Assembly (NCBI GenBank): GCA_020635725.1 | Contig: JACJZF010000010.1 | Span: 74,061 to 138,060, forward strand | Direction of reading: 5' to 3' | Length of the DNA: 64,000 nt | DNA from: Flavobacteriales bacterium | Lineage (GTDB): Bacteria > Bacteroidota > Bacteroidia > Flavobacteriales_F > PHOS-HE28 | In this document: positions 63,163-64,000 of the stretch, one piece after another | How the letters are laid out: every line of letters starts with the position of its first letter | Numbering within the stretch: the first letter of the stretch is position 1 | The notes under the pieces: generated by a model | What the model was told of the DNA's origin: nothing | The model's input: only the letters and a program-made list of their open reading frames with translations | The model's database searches: none | Position numbers and translations under genes: made by a program

Positions 63163-64000
63163 GCCTCAGAAGAGCCTATGCCTTACGGCTGGATAACCAG
63201 TCGCTCGGTGTGCAGCGTGCTGCCGGCGGTGATGTTCACCAGGTACATGCCCGTGGCCAATTCACCTCTCAGTTCCAGCACCGTGTTCACAAAACCGTCT
63301 TGCACCGCGATGGTGCGGGCCGCTACGCGCTTGCCGAAGCCGTCGTAGATGTCGACGCTAACCGTGCTCACGCCTTCCTCAACCTGCGAGAGGTTGATGA
63401 AGAGCTGATCGCCGCGGTTGGGGTTCGGGTACATGGTCAGCGCGCCATTCACGCCGTTGCCCTGCAGCGCGATGCTCTGCCCGCCTCCGTTGAAGCAGTT
63501 GCTGGTGGTGAGCAGGCACACATCGCCCCAAGCGGGATCGTTCAGGCCCGCGCCGCCCGCAGCGCACCAAGTAGCACCATTGTCGAAGCTGGCTCGCACA
63601 TCCACCTCGTAAGTCTTGCCACAGGCCAAGCCGGTGGTGTTCACGAAGTAGTTGCTCGCCGTCTTCACCAGCACGAAGCTCTCGGCCGGTATGCGGAAGC
63701 GGAATTGATAGCGGTTGGCGTTGAGGTAGGTGCAGTTGGCCTGCATGCGGCGCACCGGTCGGGCATGCACGTATACGTTGGCTGCCACATCACGCATCTC
63801 GCCACAGCTCAGGAACTGGTTGTTCGGGATATCCATGAGCTTGGTGCGCGGGCATTGCGCAGCGGCATCGTCCACCATCAGACGGCAGGCCGGTCCCCAA
63901 GGCAGGAAGGTGCCGTTCACGCGGCCGCGCACCTTCACGTTGTAGAGCACGCCTTGTGCGAGCTGGTTGCCGCTCCAGTTGTTCAGGCGGAAGCCGCAGG
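63134..64000. repeat. segmental duplication, copy B (runs off the window edge)
   Basis: See copy A. Homology is still continuing at position 64000. Confidence 0.9.
63183..64000 (-). CDS. T9SS-sorted protein, 3' fragment only (paralog of the 57192..62870 gene; 5' end outside the window)
   Basis: The frame is open to the window end (…NNWSGNQLAQGVLYNVKVRGRVNGTF…). C-terminal MYPNPNRGDQLFINL…GMYLVNITAGSTLHTERLVIQP. Confidence 0.85.
   Translation of the reverse strand, partial: CGFRLNNWSGNQLAQGVLYNVKVRGRVNGTFLPWGPACRLMVDDAAAQCPRTKLMDIPNNQFLSCGEMRDVAANVYVHARPVRRMQANCTYLNANRYQFRFRIPAESFVLVKTASNYFVNTTGLACGKTYEVDVRASFDNGATWCAAGGAGLNDPAWGDVCLLTTSNCFNGGGQSIALQGNGVNGALTMYPNPNRGDQLFINLSQVEEGVSTVSVDIYDGFGKRVAARTIAVQDGFVNTVLELRGELATGMYLVNITAGSTLHTERLVIQP

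Noticed and set aside
62952-63182. Promoter for the giant gene in the low-GC 230-bp spacer
   Set aside because: I looked for TAnnTTTG on the minus strand and found only partial matches (for example CGAATTTG). No confident -7/-33 pair was found, so no promoter is annotated.

Overview
High-GC (about 63-66% by eye) chromosomal segment from a Bacteroidota-type genome. The phylum call rests on six proteins that end in type IX secretion (T9SS, Por_Secre_tail-like) C-terminal sorting domains, the rpmB-rpmG-DUF4295-ftsY gene order, TAnnTTTG -7 promoter boxes, and the lack of Shine-Dalgarno sequences. Housekeeping content: tRNA-Val(GAC), gcvT, selU-selD, rimO, miaE, cinA, ftsY, rpmB, rpmG, an ECF sigma factor, and a polysaccharide locus (UDP-sugar epimerase, CapD-like dehydratase, GT4 glycosyltransferase). 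Between these lie accessory blocks dominated by very large secreted proteins. I found no rRNA, CRISPR array, transposase, integrase or recognisable defence system. Many long ORFs in the six-frame track are antisense shadows of real genes, which is expected at this GC content, and I trimmed or rejected them. I cannot point to one complete new multi-gene system with confidence. The observations that most deserve follow-up are these. (1) A 41-bp direct repeat duplicates the last 12 codons plus stop of the epimerase gene, differs only at synonymous positions, and brackets a single low-GC orphan ORF. (2) Seventeen tandem degenerate heptamers with a GAAAG core on the transcribed strand sit ahead of gcvT. 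(3) Two tandem ~1230-aa paralogs combine a PQQ-sugar-dehydrogenase-like propeller, PKD, PA14 and dockerin-like repeats but lack the T9SS tail. (4) A segmental duplication of about 0.9 kb or more, including the terminator, is shared by two giant T9SS proteins. (5) A stress-gene cluster contains two orphan SiaC-like (DUF1987) genes, Hsp20, Usp, DUF1883 and an unknown 2-TM protein. (6) A bacterial protein carries AT-hooks plus a possible linker-histone-like winged helix.
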